From: Candidatus Hydrogenedentota bacterium
Lineage (GTDB): Bacteria; Hydrogenedentota; Hydrogenedentia; Hydrogenedentales; GCA-2746185
Assembly: GCA_046583315.1 (NCBI GenBank)
Contig: JAYGCN010000011.1
Span: forward strand, 28,562-92,561
Length of the DNA: 64,000 nt
Direction: 5' to 3'
The translations under genes were made by a program, and so were the position numbers. Shown in pieces: positions 19,913 through 30,997 of this stretch (its first letter is position 1; each line of letters opens with the position of its first letter). The notes beneath the pieces were generated by a model. The model was not told the DNA's origin. It saw only the letters and a program-made list of their open reading frames with translations, and did not search any database.

Positions 19913-21199
19913 TCAGTCGCTCAGGTCAGGCTTGGCGTTGGAATAAGTATACCAACCAAGGTCCATTTCATCGGTCGTGGGTCCACCGAAGCTCACCGCA
20001 CGACTCGAGTCAAAACCGACGCGCTCTGCGTTTTCAGGTGAGTTGTCATAGACCAACTCAACTTCAATACGTGTTCCTGCGGGAATGAGTTTGGGCTCTT
20101 TGTAGTAGTAATATTCCTGCCAGTTAAAGTCGTAGTTCGGCGTTTCCAGAAGTTCCTCAACGGTGCCATCAGGATAGTACGCCGTATACGTGCTGGCCAC
20201 ACCACGAAGGTGCGTATGCGGGAAGAGGTTCAACAGAAGAATATCTTCTTCGAAAGTCCTCGCGCCGCTGACAACCCAATTGTCCACGCCGGGCGGAATT
20301 TCGAATGCCCCGTGCGCTATGGTCGTAAAATTCATGCTGTGCCGAGGTGTTCCAGTGGCAAATTTCATCGCCATTGTGGAATCGTCATACACGCCCGTAC
20401 CCGGACCCGCTTCCTTGTGGTAATGCATTGCGAAGGTAATTTCAGAACCCTGTTTAATCGGGAATGCGAATCCTTCGGGATAGTAGCCAGCATCTGTACC
20501 GGGAGCCAGACCACCAAGCATCGTACGACCCCGCAGGCGTTCTTCTTCGCCCCCTTCAAGGTCTTCGTTTTCACCGATCTCCGTGATGTACTCAGCTTCA
20601 GGATCCGAAGCGTAGGCAATGATGTGGTGAACCACTTCGCTGCCAGGAATAAACTCAACGTTTGTGATGAATTTATCTTCGGGCATCATTTCGTCGGTAA
20701 TCGTCACCGTTTCATTATAATAGAGATCCTGAACATCATCTTTCACAAAGAAAGGTTCATTGAAATTAATCACCAAATCAGGCTCGCCCATGAAATACCC
20801 TTCACGGAATTCTATGGGAGCAGGCGCATCCGCAGGGTTTCCGCGTTTCGCGCCGGTCTTCACCCAGGCGACAACCGTTGCAATTTCTTCGGCGGTCAGC
20901 GTACGTTCATTGCTGAAGTGACCATTGAATTTTTCACCGGCATGCCAAGGTGGCATCGTCTTATTTTCAACAGCCTTCATAATCGCTTTGGCCCATGGAC
21001 GCGTTTCCTGATAATCCATCAAGGACATCGGAGCAATCATGCCAGACATATTGTCGCCACCGGGGCGGTGACAGGTCTGGCAGTTTTCCTGCAAGATGGG
21101 TAACACGTCTTTGGTAAACGTGACCTGTGCGGCCATCGCCGTCGTACTCACCATTAGACCGGCAAGCATCAGTGACACGCTGGTTTTTGTTGCCTTCAT
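19913..21199 (-). CDS. Secreted c-type cytochrome fused to a copper type II (PHM/DBH-like) monooxygenase domain
   Basis: Signal peptide, CQTCH, MPPW, VVHH, MHYH, PHTHLRG, YDFNWQ, DEM. Confidence 0.85.
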   Translation of the reverse strand: MKATKTSVSLMLAGLMVSTTAMAAQVTFTKDVLPILQENCQTCHRPGGDNMSGMIAPMSLMDYQETRPWAKAIMKAVENKTMPPWHAGEKFNGHFSNERTLTAEEIATVVAWVKTGAKRGNPADAPAPIEFREGYFMGEPDLVINFNEPFFVKDDVQDLYYNETVTITDEMMPEDKFITNVEFIPGSEVVHHIIAYASDPEAEYITEIGENEDLEGGEEERLRGRTMLGGLAPGTDAGYYPEGFAFPIKQGSEITFAMHYHKEAGPGTGVYDDSTMAMKFATGTPRHSMNFTTIAHGAFEIPPGVDNWVVSGARTFEEDILLLNLFPHTHLRGVASTYTAYYPDGTVEELLETPNYDFNWQEYYYYKEPKLIPAGTRIEVELVYDNSPENAERVGFDSSRAVSFGGPTTDEMDLGWYTYSNAKPDLSD

Positions 21200-21444
21200 T
21201 TTTAGATCTCCCTATTAAAGAGGTTTTCAGTAGCGGTCCATGCGCGGAACCGTAAAGTGTTCAACCCACGCAACCCACCACATGTTCCACAAAAATAATA
21301 AGATGAAACAGAAACACGAGGAGCTACTCAGGTTTAGAGATGATTATAGGGCTAGATATAGGAAATGACAAGGAAAAAATGCTATACTGCCGCCATTATT
21401 GTTAGAAGTGGTTTAGTTAAGACATTATGTATCGGAGCAGTGCC

Positions 21445-22383
21445 ATGAAGAAACGTGGATTTACCCTCATCGAATTGCTCGTCGTCATTGCCATTATCGG
21501 CATTTTGGCCTCAATTCTGCTCCCTGCCCTGTCAAGAGCACGTGAAGCCGCCCGCAGAGCATCCTGCGCCAACAACATCAAACAACTCGCACTCTCCTTG
21601 AAAATGTACGCCGGAGAATCCAGAAAAGGCATGTATCCGCCTATACAAGGCGATCCCGAGTTCGGCACCGTTCTCGATGCCATGGGATGCGACCCGGATT
21701 CAATGCAGGACAACGCTGTATTCACCTTCAACACCCGCGCGATGTACGCGCAATATATGGATGAGCCGAACATTCTCCTGTGCCCCTCGGATTCAGGTAT
21801 CTTGGACTCCGATAACCCGCTGCTCATCGTGGCGGACGATGGATCGAATACGTGTGAATACGTCGGAAGAATCACCAATGCCGATGAAAGCTACAATTAC
21901 CTCGGTTACGTGCTCGATAATTCTGAAGACAACGACAACGTGGTCACGGCTCCATTTCCCGGTCCGGCGCAGTTGGTCGGCATGACGGTTTACCTTCTCA
22001 TCAACGGAGTCATGGACGCTTCCACGCCCGATGAAGAGCTGGACACGATCAATTTCGCCGAAGACATGCTTATCTGGGGAATCGACTGGTCGGGCCTGGG
22101 CTACGGCAACGGTCGCACCGATAAACTGAATCGCTTACGCGAGGGGATATCCCGTTTCCTCATCACGGACATAAACAACCCGGCAGCATCCAACATACCC
22201 GAGAGCCAAATTCCTGTCATGTGGGATACCATCAGCCTCAACATCGCAGGAAGCGGGGTTGACTACAATCACGGCCCGGGCGGCTGCAATGTGCTGTACA
22301 TGGATGGTCACGTCGGCTTCATCAAATACGAAGGAAAATTCCCGGTGACCAAGGGATTCGCGGCGATGTCCAGCCAGTTCTAA
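21445..22383 (+). CDS. Prepilin-type N-terminal cleavage/methylation, DUF1559 / H-X9-DG domain protein
   Basis: [58 protein letters not shown]. Confidence 0.93.
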   Translation: MKKRGFTLIELLVVIAIIGILASILLPALSRAREAARRASCANNIKQLALSLKMYAGESRKGMYPPIQGDPEFGTVLDAMGCDPDSMQDNAVFTFNTRAMYAQYMDEPNILLCPSDSGILDSDNPLLIVADDGSNTCEYVGRITNADESYNYLGYVLDNSEDNDNVVTAPFPGPAQLVGMTVYLLINGVMDASTPDEELDTINFAEDMLIWGIDWSGLGYGNGRTDKLNRLREGISRFLITDINNPAASNIPESQIPVMWDTISLNIAGSGVDYNHGPGGCNVLYMDGHVGFIKYEGKFPVTKGFAAMSSQF

Positions 22384-22387
22384 GCGT

Positions 22388-24445
22388 TTACCACCGATAG
22401 ACGAACTTGCTGAACACACCCTGGCTTTCGATGCCGTTACTTTCTTTGATGTCGTTCAGAACGATGTAGAAATCCCAGACACCGACGTCCTCATAGGCAA
22501 ATAGCAGGGTGCGGTTGTAGCGATCCTCGGAACTCTCTTCAACGGTCAGTTTCACGCGTCCTTCCCAGGCGAAGGTGTATTCATTGACGCAACGCACCAA
22601 CCAGATTTCTTCTTCATCGTTGCTGTCTTCGATTTCCTCAAGGCGATAATCGGCGGTTAGTTCTGTCGTATACCGCTCCCCGATTCTGAACGGTTTTCTT
22701 GTGCTGAACTGCTTAAACTTCGTCTCTTGGAATTCACCCCAGCTATAACTTCCCATGTACGACTTGTACCGATTCTGCATGTTATACCCCATCCAGAAAG
22801 TATTGGTGTGATTGTCGTAGGGGTGATGAAAATCCTCCGTGCGCTGAACGAAAAAATCAATATTACTATCAAAATTTACGAACGACCCCAACTCGAAATC
22901 CCGCAGCGTCGTCATACCATCGTGATTCTGATAATACTCGAACTCCGCTTCTCCACCATAGCGTTCAACCGGACCCGAAACATCGTCCATCACCAAATCG
23001 AGCTCGCCGTTGAGTCCTTGAATATCGTCACGTGAAATGAACCCCAAATCGGGCGAATATCCTTCCGAAATATCGACGAGTTCAATTTCCCAGAAGAGCG
23101 GTTTGGTGCCACCCTCCAATTCGGTTACCCATGCGTAATCGGAACTCCGAATATCGCCCTGTTCCGTTGCATTGGGATCCGATTGACGCGATTTGTCTTC
23201 AAGAAAAGTAGCCTGAGTCGTCCACACCGTGTTCTCGCCCAACTCCACGCGCGAATCCAGCCCAAACACCGTATTGTCTCCGTCTCGACCTGTCGCATTG
23301 ATCAACACGCCACCCAATTCGACTTCATCCGTCACGCGCTGCGTATAACGCGACACCAGAAAGTTTCCGTCACCGGTACTGGTACTCGTCCCCTGAATGT
23401 CCAGCGCGGCCAGCGTCCAGTCTTCGCCCGTTCCGGTAATCTTGGCACCCACTTCGATATCCGTGATGCGACGACTGTTGTACAAACGAAGCGGTGTTCG
23501 AAACAACTCGGCCCCTTCGTTGAAAAACGGGCGGCGTTCCGGCAAGAATCGCTCTGTATCCCGCAACTCAATCGTGTCGGAGTCCGCTTCCACCTGACCA
23601 AAATCCGGGTTCACTGTCACCGTAGTAATCCAGTGTGAATTAATACGCAACGAAGCGTCCAGTCCAGCGGATATCCGTGTCGAAGCGTCCTCATCTTTCA
23701 CCTTCGTGGTGGATACGCTTGCATAGGTCTCAATGTCGGGATCCGTAACCACCGTCACGTTGGACAAATCCAGACCACGCAACTCGCCATAGCGCTCGGT
23801 CCGGCTGGCGATATTGGGGTTGTAACTCCAACGGCTGAATTCGTTCGCTTCACGATTGTCCCGGAAAAAATTGACGCCCCATGTTTCAGTTGCTGTTTTG
23901 TCGAGATACATGACGCCAATCGGAATCCGCATTTCAGTAATCCAGCGATCGGGAAGAATCGTCGTTTCGGCCTCCCAGTCCGCATCCCAAGCAATATTGA
24001 ACCCGCTCGTACTCGACCGTGCATCCAGCCGCGTACCCAATGGATTCACGCCGAATATGTAGGAGCGTCTCTGGTCGTGAAAGGTATCGAAAGTAACCTG
24101 CACCTGATCATCTTGAAAAATGCGCGTGCGGTCATATTTCCTCTCCGTCGCGACCAGCTTCGAGGTGTCCCCGTAAGCGATAATTACGACGTAGAAGTTG
24201 TCGTCGTCATAGAGAATACGTGCTTCGGTAGGTATTTTAGAGTACCCGTCACTGATGCGATCATAGAATTGATCCAGAACCGGCGCCGTGTCCCAAACGG
24301 CCTCGTCCATGACACCGTCAATCGTGGGCGGTTCACTCGCGCGAACCGCTTGCGTATGCCGCTTCGCGTAAGAAACGTCCTGCGCATGCGTCGTCAGGGA
24401 AAACACACCCATGGCGATACAGAGGATAAAAATACGTAATTTCAT
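22388..24445 (-). CDS. CBM9-like / DUF5916 outer-membrane protein
   Basis: Signal peptide, PTIDGVMDEAVW, NPDFGQVEAD, PERRPFFNEG, C-terminal KFVYRW beta-signal. Confidence 0.8.
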   Translation of the reverse strand: MKLRIFILCIAMGVFSLTTHAQDVSYAKRHTQAVRASEPPTIDGVMDEAVWDTAPVLDQFYDRISDGYSKIPTEARILYDDDNFYVVIIAYGDTSKLVATERKYDRTRIFQDDQVQVTFDTFHDQRRSYIFGVNPLGTRLDARSSTSGFNIAWDADWEAETTILPDRWITEMRIPIGVMYLDKTATETWGVNFFRDNREANEFSRWSYNPNIASRTERYGELRGLDLSNVTVVTDPDIETYASVSTTKVKDEDASTRISAGLDASLRINSHWITTVTVNPDFGQVEADSDTIELRDTERFLPERRPFFNEGAELFRTPLRLYNSRRITDIEVGAKITGTGEDWTLAALDIQGTSTSTGDGNFLVSRYTQRVTDEVELGGVLINATGRDGDNTVFGLDSRVELGENTVWTTQATFLEDKSRQSDPNATEQGDIRSSDYAWVTELEGGTKPLFWEIELVDISEGYSPDLGFISRDDIQGLNGELDLVMDDVSGPVERYGGEAEFEYYQNHDGMTTLRDFELGSFVNFDSNIDFFVQRTEDFHHPYDNHTNTFWMGYNMQNRYKSYMGSYSWGEFQETKFKQFSTRKPFRIGERYTTELTADYRLEEIEDSNDEEEIWLVRCVNEYTFAWEGRVKLTVEESSEDRYNRTLLFAYEDVGVWDFYIVLNDIKESNGIESQGVFSKFVYRW

Positions 24446-24751
24446 GAAATCTCGCGGCTGGTTATGAGAAACGGCTCGGTAAGCCGGGTAATGGTCTTCT
24501 TTTGACTGCGGTAACACCAAAATCGTTGCGTTGCATGCCTTCGCAACTCGATTTCCCCCAAGTAACGATTCAGGAGTATACCTTTCTCACAGTTTTTGTC
24601 CATTTGCAACGTAAATTCTCGTGTCCGATAGTCGCCCGTCGCGACGAGTTGACTCTCAACAACCGGAATCCTGTATACTACTCGCTCATCAGTACGCATA
24701 ATCCGGTCTGATCGATAGAGCCAAGGCCAGAGACGATAAGGAGAGTCACCC

Positions 24752-25072
24752 ATGAGCAATGCCGCTGAAATAACTGTTGCCAATTTTGAAGAAATGACCA
24801 AAGAAGGCGTTACCCTTCTCGATTTTTGGGCTGAATGGTGTGGCCCTTGTAAGATGATAGCCCCGATGATCGATGAACTCGGTGTTGAATTTGAGGGCAC
24901 GGCAAGAATCGGTAAAATCAACATTGATAACGAAGCCGACCTCGCAGCGCGTTACAACGTCTCCAGCATCCCTACATTGCTCATCATGAAAGACGGCGAA
25001 GAAGCCAGTCGTTTCATTGGTGTTACGGCCAAGGCCGAGCTGGCCGATGCCATCACAAAGGCTACAGCCTGA
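24752..25072 (+). CDS. trxA: Thioredoxin
   Basis: DFWAEWCGPCK, SIPTL; AGGAG RBS. Confidence 0.96.
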   Translation: MSNAAEITVANFEEMTKEGVTLLDFWAEWCGPCKMIAPMIDELGVEFEGTARIGKINIDNEADLAARYNVSSIPTLLIMKDGEEASRFIGVTAKAELADAITKATA

Positions 25073-25122
25073 CCCCGGTAGGTTTTCTGACGTTCCACCA
25101 AGTGTAATTTACTGAATCCTGC

Positions 25123-25157
25123 CAAGGGCCGACTTCCATTTGTCGGCCCTTGTTTTG
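25123..25157 (+). terminator. Intrinsic terminator after trxA
   Basis: CAAGGGCCGAC-N8-GTCGGCCCTTG followed by TTTTG. Confidence 0.7.
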
Positions 25158-25199
25158 TGTCAACCCCCAAACCCGATCAACAGGGAGTATCTCTGAATC

Positions 25200-26204
25200 A
25201 TGTCCGAGAAAGTCGTCGCCATCGCCGGAGCCACCGGGCTCGTCGGCCAACAAATCCTGCGCACCCTGGAATCGCGCAATTTTCCCGTGAAAGCGCTCAA
25301 ACCCCTCGCGTCCGCACGATCCATTGGCAAGACAGTGACCTTCAAAGGCGAAAAAATCCCGGTTGAAGTGCTTTCCGAAGACTCTTTCAAGGGTGTGGAC
25401 ATTGCCCTGTTCAGCGCAGGCGGCGGTACGAGCAAAAAATTCGCTCCATGTGCAGCTGCGGACGGATGTGTGGTCGTGGATAACTCCTCGGCGTGGCGTA
25501 TGGATCCGAAAGTGCCACTGGTCGTGCCGGAAGTGAACCCGCACGACGTGGAATGGCACGAAGGCATCATTGCCAACCCGAATTGCTCCACCATTCAGAT
25601 GGTTGTCGTGCTTCATCCGCTGCACAAGGCCGCGACCATCAAACGCGTCGTCGTCTCCACCTACCAGGCCGTGTCCGGTGCGGGTGTCAATGCGCTAAAG
25701 GAAATGGAAGATCAAATGCGCGCGATTCTGGCTGGTGAAGAACCCAAATGCGACCTCTTTCCGCACCCCATCGCGTTCAATGTCATTCCCCAAATACCCG
25801 GTAGCGATGCCTTCGTCGACAACGGATACACCACCGAAGAAATGAAGATGGTCAACGAGACCCAGAAAATTATGGGAGACGATTCCATTCGCGTGACCGC
25901 CACCACCGTGCGCGTACCGGTGCATACGGGCCACAGCGAGGCGGTAAATGTCGAAACCGAGAAGAAGCTGACCGCCGACGAAGCGCGCGAGATTCTGAGT
26001 CAGGCTCCCGGCGTCATCGTGAAGGACAATCCAGCGGCCCAGGAATATCCACTGGCACTCGATGCCCACGGACTGGGCGATACCTTCGTGGGTCGAATTC
26101 GCGAAGACCTGTCCCATCCCTCAGCACTCGACATGTGGATCGTCTCGGACAACCTGCTTAAAGGCGCGGCCTACAACGCTGTGCAAATCGCCGAGCTGCT
26201 CTAG
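25200..26204 (+). CDS. asd: Aspartate-semialdehyde dehydrogenase
   Basis: GATGLVG, DNSSAWRM, ANPNCSTIQ, STYQAVSGAG, DNLLKGAAYNAVQIAE. Confidence 0.97.
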   Translation: MSEKVVAIAGATGLVGQQILRTLESRNFPVKALKPLASARSIGKTVTFKGEKIPVEVLSEDSFKGVDIALFSAGGGTSKKFAPCAAADGCVVVDNSSAWRMDPKVPLVVPEVNPHDVEWHEGIIANPNCSTIQMVVVLHPLHKAATIKRVVVSTYQAVSGAGVNALKEMEDQMRAILAGEEPKCDLFPHPIAFNVIPQIPGSDAFVDNGYTTEEMKMVNETQKIMGDDSIRVTATTVRVPVHTGHSEAVNVETEKKLTADEAREILSQAPGVIVKDNPAAQEYPLALDAHGLGDTFVGRIREDLSHPSALDMWIVSDNLLKGAAYNAVQIAELL

Positions 26205-26207
26205 GAA

Positions 26208-27953
26208 TTATTCGGCACCATCCGTTTTGGGTCGTAATATCGCGTAGGTCGGCAAGCCGATACCGTCGAAGCGTTTGAGCACTTCCTTGGTTGGCGACAC
26301 TTCAAGATCTTCGGACTGATACTTCACCTTCACGTAGTCCTCGAGGGCAGCCGTGACACCGGCATCTTTCAAAGTCGTTTTATCCATCACAAAACAATTC
26401 TTGCACCAGCTCGCCCACATGTCGACCAGCACCAGCGAATCATCTTCGAGTGCTTGTTCCAGACCAGCGGTCAAACTCGGTGTCCAGCCGTCTTCAAGCA
26501 ACTCTTGCACGCTTCCCGCGACCGCCCCTTCTTCGACGTTGCGGCTATCAAGAATCTCATAAGCCAGATACGCATAGTATGCGGCGAATCCAAGAATGAA
26601 TACGCCCATGCCCTGTTTCACACGCACCATCCACGCGCCAGGCTTGGGCATAATCGACATACCACCACCGGCCAGCGGCCAGGGAATCGCCATGCCGAGT
26701 CCCAAAAAGAACGGCAACGCGAGCGCAACCGTATTTCCTTTAGCATACAGGTCGCTCGAGAATACGATCACCTGAATCACGATGGGTGCCACACACGCGC
26801 CAGCCAGCAAGGCCGAGATACCGCCCATTCCAAAGGCGAGCGGCAGGCTGCCTTTTTTGCCCTTGTTGGCCAGATTAAACTTCGTCTGGAATTTCGTGAA
26901 ATCAATCTGAATCACATCAAACATCGCGAGGCCCAACACAACAAAGAGGATCGCGATTCCGATGTTAAACCATGGCGAGGCGTTGATCGTGCCGAAGGTG
27001 CCAGCCGTCAATATGACGATCAATCCGAGCAATCCATAGACCACCGCCATCGCAGCACCGTAAGCACCACCCAGGGCAAAGCCCCGCACGCGCGACTCGG
27101 ATTGTGCGCCGGCACCGATGATGGCCAAATTGATAGGAATCAGCGGCAATACGCACGGTGTCATGTTCAGGGCCAAGCCGCCAATAAGCACAAGCAACAC
27201 GATGGCGATCGGGCCTCTTCCCGCGAATAAGCCCTCGCGAACCACTCCCGCTTCAGCATCATCAATGAACTGCATGAAATCGTCCGGCGGCATGTTTCCG
27301 CCCGTGGTACCGATCACGTCAAAGCGATCGAGCAAGGCCATCACGTCGCCCTCTTCAGCAACAGCGACATCTGACTCTATTTCCGGCTCCGTCGCGGCGA
27401 CCTTGACGGCTTCGCCCGTACCGCCAGCAAAGATAAGTCCCGCGAAGATCGCCTCGTGCTGTTTGGTCAATGCCGTATCCGAGGACACAACCGTCAGCGT
27501 CGCTTCCAGTTCCAGCGTCATGGGTTGCAAACAGGTCGTATCATTACAGGCTTGATAGCGCAGGCTCACGTTCAAGGGATAATCCCCGGCAGCAACGGAA
27601 TCGCCCACATCAAGCGCGACGCCCATAACAAATTCTTCTTCGTACACAGCCATTGGAGTCGGCGAACCGCCCGTTATCACTTCAATCGCTTGGGGATAAA
27701 CAACTTCTGACGCGGCCACGCCTTCCGGCCCTTCAACCGTCAATACGGTGGCAATCAGAAAACTTTCCAACGGTTTGTTCGAGTTCACGTGGTACCCGTG
27801 CTCGAGACTCACCGTGACGGCCAGATGATGGGTCGCGCCCGGATGCGCCGCTTGCGTATCCTGCAACAAATCCGTATCCACACGAATGCCCTGCGCCAAT
27901 GCGACAAAGGGAAGTAGAAAAATGGCGACAAGTGCCAAATAAGTCCGATACAT
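26208..27953 (-). CDS. dsbD: DsbD-family thiol:disulfide interchange protein
   Basis: N-domain YQACNDTTC, transmembrane TPCVLP and GACVAP, KPGAWM, C-terminal WCKNC thioredoxin domain. Confidence 0.88.
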   Translation of the reverse strand: MYRTYLALVAIFLLPFVALAQGIRVDTDLLQDTQAAHPGATHHLAVTVSLEHGYHVNSNKPLESFLIATVLTVEGPEGVAASEVVYPQAIEVITGGSPTPMAVYEEEFVMGVALDVGDSVAAGDYPLNVSLRYQACNDTTCLQPMTLELEATLTVVSSDTALTKQHEAIFAGLIFAGGTGEAVKVAATEPEIESDVAVAEEGDVMALLDRFDVIGTTGGNMPPDDFMQFIDDAEAGVVREGLFAGRGPIAIVLLVLIGGLALNMTPCVLPLIPINLAIIGAGAQSESRVRGFALGGAYGAAMAVVYGLLGLIVILTAGTFGTINASPWFNIGIAILFVVLGLAMFDVIQIDFTKFQTKFNLANKGKKGSLPLAFGMGGISALLAGACVAPIVIQVIVFSSDLYAKGNTVALALPFFLGLGMAIPWPLAGGGMSIMPKPGAWMVRVKQGMGVFILGFAAYYAYLAYEILDSRNVEEGAVAGSVQELLEDGWTPSLTAGLEQALEDDSLVLVDMWASWCKNCFVMDKTTLKDAGVTAALEDYVKVKYQSEDLEVSPTKEVLKRFDGIGLPTYAILRPKTDGAE

Positions 27954-27956
27954 CGA

Positions 27957-30221
27957 TTATTCTCCCGGGTTCAAGTCCAACTGTTTCGCCAATGCTTCCG
28001 GCGTATCCACAGGCTTCTTACAGGCAAAATCCTTGCACACATAAGCGGTAGCCTTGTTGTTGATCATTGTTTTGTTGGCCAGTAGCGGAATAATCGCTGC
28101 CGTCTCCACAGCCGATGCGTCCGCAGGATCTACCTGAGCAACAATCTTGTTCGGAATAAAATTCCCACGCACCGTGACCAGCAATTTGGTGGTGCCTGCG
28201 TCAGCCAAGGGACCCGCCAGTGCAATCTCCCGTGGTGGATACACCATGAAATCAACCGCACACATCAATCGCATAAATCCAAGCGGATGCTCATTCAAAT
28301 AAGGATAGTTATTCATTATGATTCGACTCGCCATGTCGTAATCTTCAGCCGAGTCGGTAAACTTCGCGAGACGCAACAAGCCGTAGGCCGCCATGGAGTT
28401 GCCGGACGGCGTGGCGTTGTCCTGTGACGTACTCGTGCGCACGATGAGATGTTTGTGTTCCAGCGAGGTGAAGTAAAACTGGCCCACTTCTTCGTCCCAG
28501 AATTTTTCGGTCATGCCGATCGCCAGTTCCTGCGCCGCCTGAATCCAACGCGTATCAAAGGTCGCTTCATACACGTCCAACAAGGCGACTATCATAAATG
28601 CATAGTCATCCAGATACGCCGGAATGCGACTCGTACCCTTGCGATGGGTTCGCAACAGTTCACCGTCCTCAATCATATCGTTCAGAATAAAGTCTGCTGC
28701 TTCTACCGCAGCATCCCGGTACGCCTCGTCCCCCAGCACCTGATACCCCTGCGCAAATGCGGAAATCATCAGCGCGTTCCACGAGGTCAATACTTTGTCA
28801 TCCAAACCCGGCCGTACACGTTTGCTACGCACCTCCAGCAGCTTGGCTTTCAGTTCTGCCATCTTCTCGGATAGATCGGCTTCGGAAATCTGCAGTATCT
28901 TCGCAACCGCCTCATCGGAAATCGGCGTATGCAGAATATTGAGGCCTTCGTGATAACTCTCTTGCGACGAAAAATTCCCATCGGCTTTCACGTTGTAATA
29001 GGTACAGAATAGTTTCGCATCGGCCTTGCCCAGATATCCATCCAGCTCCGTGCGGTCCCAAATGTAGAATTTCCCTTCTTCGCCTTCACTGTCGGCATCT
29101 TCGGCACTGTGAAATCCACCGCGTTCATCACGCATGTCTCGTAAAATATAGGTGAAGGTCTCATCCACGACGCGACGGTAATCCTCGTTGCCCGTCAACT
29201 GATAGGCTTCCAGATACACCTGCGCCAACTGCGCGTTGTCATACAACATCTTCTCGAAATGCGGCACCAACCACTCGTCATCGGTCGAGTACCGCGCGAA
29301 TCCACCGCCCAGATGATCGTACATGCCGCCGTCAGACATCTTGTCCAGCGTCAACGTCGCCATATGCAGCAAGTCCGCGTCCTTCGTACGATTGTATTCG
29401 CGCAACACCATGGCAATGCTGGACGACGACGGGAATTTCGGGGCCTGACCAAATCCTCCTTCGTATCGATCAAAGTTCGATGCCAGTTGCGCGACCGCAT
29501 TCGTAATAAGCTGCGGTGTAGGTTCACCTTCGCCTCCTATGTCCGATGCCAGTATCGCGTTCATGTGGGTCGTCAGCTTTTCCGACGATTCCAGAATCTG
29601 CTCGTGTTTCGTATCCCAGGAATCCGCAATACCCGCGAGAATCGTCATGAAACCCGGTCGCCCGAACTTACTCTCTTTAGGGAAATAGGTACCGCCCCAG
29701 AAGGGTTTCAATTCGGGCGTGATAAACACACTCATCGGCCAGCCACCCTGCCCCGTCATCGCCTGCACGGCGGCCATATAAATCTCATCGATATCCGGAC
29801 GTTCTTCGCGGTCCACTTTGATGCTGATAAAGTGTTCATTCAGCAGCGCGGCGACTTCGTCGTCTTCAAACGACTCGTGCTCCATCACGTGGCACCAATG
29901 ACACGATGAATACCCCACCGACAGGAAGATAGGCTTGTTCTCCGCCTTCGCTTTTTCGAGGGCCTCATCACCCCAGGGATACCAGTCCACCGGATTATGG
30001 GCATGTTGCAAAAGGTACGGACTCGTTTCGTTTACAAGACGATTCGTGTGCTTGTGGACTTCAGTGGGCGTGGCCACGGGTGTCGGCTCCTTGTTGGACG
30101 TCGGCTTCGGCTCGGCGTCTTGGGCACAGGATAGATTCACAAAGCTCAAAACAGCAACCAGCAGTACTCCCGGGACGGTGCGGATGATTGGGCGCACCAT
30201 TCCATCTATGACTCGAATCAT
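27957..30221 (-). CDS. DUF255 thioredoxin-domain protein (YyaL/SPATA20 family) with putative lipoprotein signal
   Basis: [46 protein letters not shown]; hydrophobic N-terminus ending NLSC. Confidence 0.92.
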   Translation of the reverse strand: MIRVIDGMVRPIIRTVPGVLLVAVLSFVNLSCAQDAEPKPTSNKEPTPVATPTEVHKHTNRLVNETSPYLLQHAHNPVDWYPWGDEALEKAKAENKPIFLSVGYSSCHWCHVMEHESFEDDEVAALLNEHFISIKVDREERPDIDEIYMAAVQAMTGQGGWPMSVFITPELKPFWGGTYFPKESKFGRPGFMTILAGIADSWDTKHEQILESSEKLTTHMNAILASDIGGEGEPTPQLITNAVAQLASNFDRYEGGFGQAPKFPSSSSIAMVLREYNRTKDADLLHMATLTLDKMSDGGMYDHLGGGFARYSTDDEWLVPHFEKMLYDNAQLAQVYLEAYQLTGNEDYRRVVDETFTYILRDMRDERGGFHSAEDADSEGEEGKFYIWDRTELDGYLGKADAKLFCTYYNVKADGNFSSQESYHEGLNILHTPISDEAVAKILQISEADLSEKMAELKAKLLEVRSKRVRPGLDDKVLTSWNALMISAFAQGYQVLGDEAYRDAAVEAADFILNDMIEDGELLRTHRKGTSRIPAYLDDYAFMIVALLDVYEATFDTRWIQAAQELAIGMTEKFWDEEVGQFYFTSLEHKHLIVRTSTSQDNATPSGNSMAAYGLLRLAKFTDSAEDYDMASRIIMNNYPYLNEHPLGFMRLMCAVDFMVYPPREIALAGPLADAGTTKLLVTVRGNFIPNKIVAQVDPADASAVETAAIIPLLANKTMINNKATAYVCKDFACKKPVDTPEALAKQLDLNPGE

Positions 30222-30379
30222 CTGCGGGCTCCTGGTTGCAGTCAGCTACGGGGAATTGTAACACGCGGCCATGCGGTCTTCCCACATTGCATCCATTCGC
30301 GGCAACCACCATTCGATGTCAGATCACGCGCTCAAGAGGCTGCTGGCAACTCCATTTCAGGCGGAATTTCGGGGGAATC

Positions 30380-30985
30380 TTACGGCGTTTCGATTTCGGT
30401 CACACCGGACTCTACCGGTTTCGGCGAACGCACAGGCGCCGCTTCCACCGACACTTCGTCAGCAGCCTCAACAAATGTTTCCGGTTTCTCCTGCAGTTCT
30501 GACTCCAGAGAGGTCAACAGCGATTCAATCTCCGCAGACGTCTGTGATTCTATTGAATCCGCATCCGTATCATCGGACGAGGCTTCCTCCTCCACCGGGA
30601 CTTCGGTTATGCCCGAAATAAGATCTTCAAGATCCGACACCGCCGCGCTCGTGGATGACGGTTCAACCGCCTGATCATCCACAATCACCTCATCACGAAC
30701 GGTTATCGTGCCCGGATCCATGTCCGAGTCGACATCGCCAACACCCTCTTCAAAAAAACTGACCAATGCGTCTGGGCGCAGGTTCTCTTCGGTGTAATCC
30801 ATGGGATCGGAGACACCCAAATCAACGGACACGGGCGTGGTGAGCCCCGACATGTTAATAAAATCGAGATCACTGTCTACCAGAATAGCACCAGCACCAC
30901 TATCAAGGCGACCATCTGCATACTCCTCATCCATGTAGGATGCGCCCCCCTCGTCCGCCGATGTTTGGGATTCTTCGTCTGTCAT
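30380..30985 (-). CDS. Highly acidic low-complexity hypothetical protein (possibly extends to 30332)
   Basis: D/E/S-rich ORF 12 nt after the ExeA-like gene; similar composition continues past the TAA. Confidence 0.65.
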   Translation of the reverse strand: MTDEESQTSADEGGASYMDEEYADGRLDSGAGAILVDSDLDFINMSGLTTPVSVDLGVSDPMDYTEENLRPDALVSFFEEGVGDVDSDMDPGTITVRDEVIVDDQAVEPSSTSAAVSDLEDLISGITEVPVEEEASSDDTDADSIESQTSAEIESLLTSLESELQEKPETFVEAADEVSVEAAPVRSPKPVESGVTEIETP

Positions 30986-30997
30986 AATGCAATGTGT

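Noticed and set aside
25075..25100. tRNA-like 3' end (TTCCACCA) as an attachment site
   Set aside because: No T-arm (GTTCGA) or acceptor stem upstream and no integrase nearby
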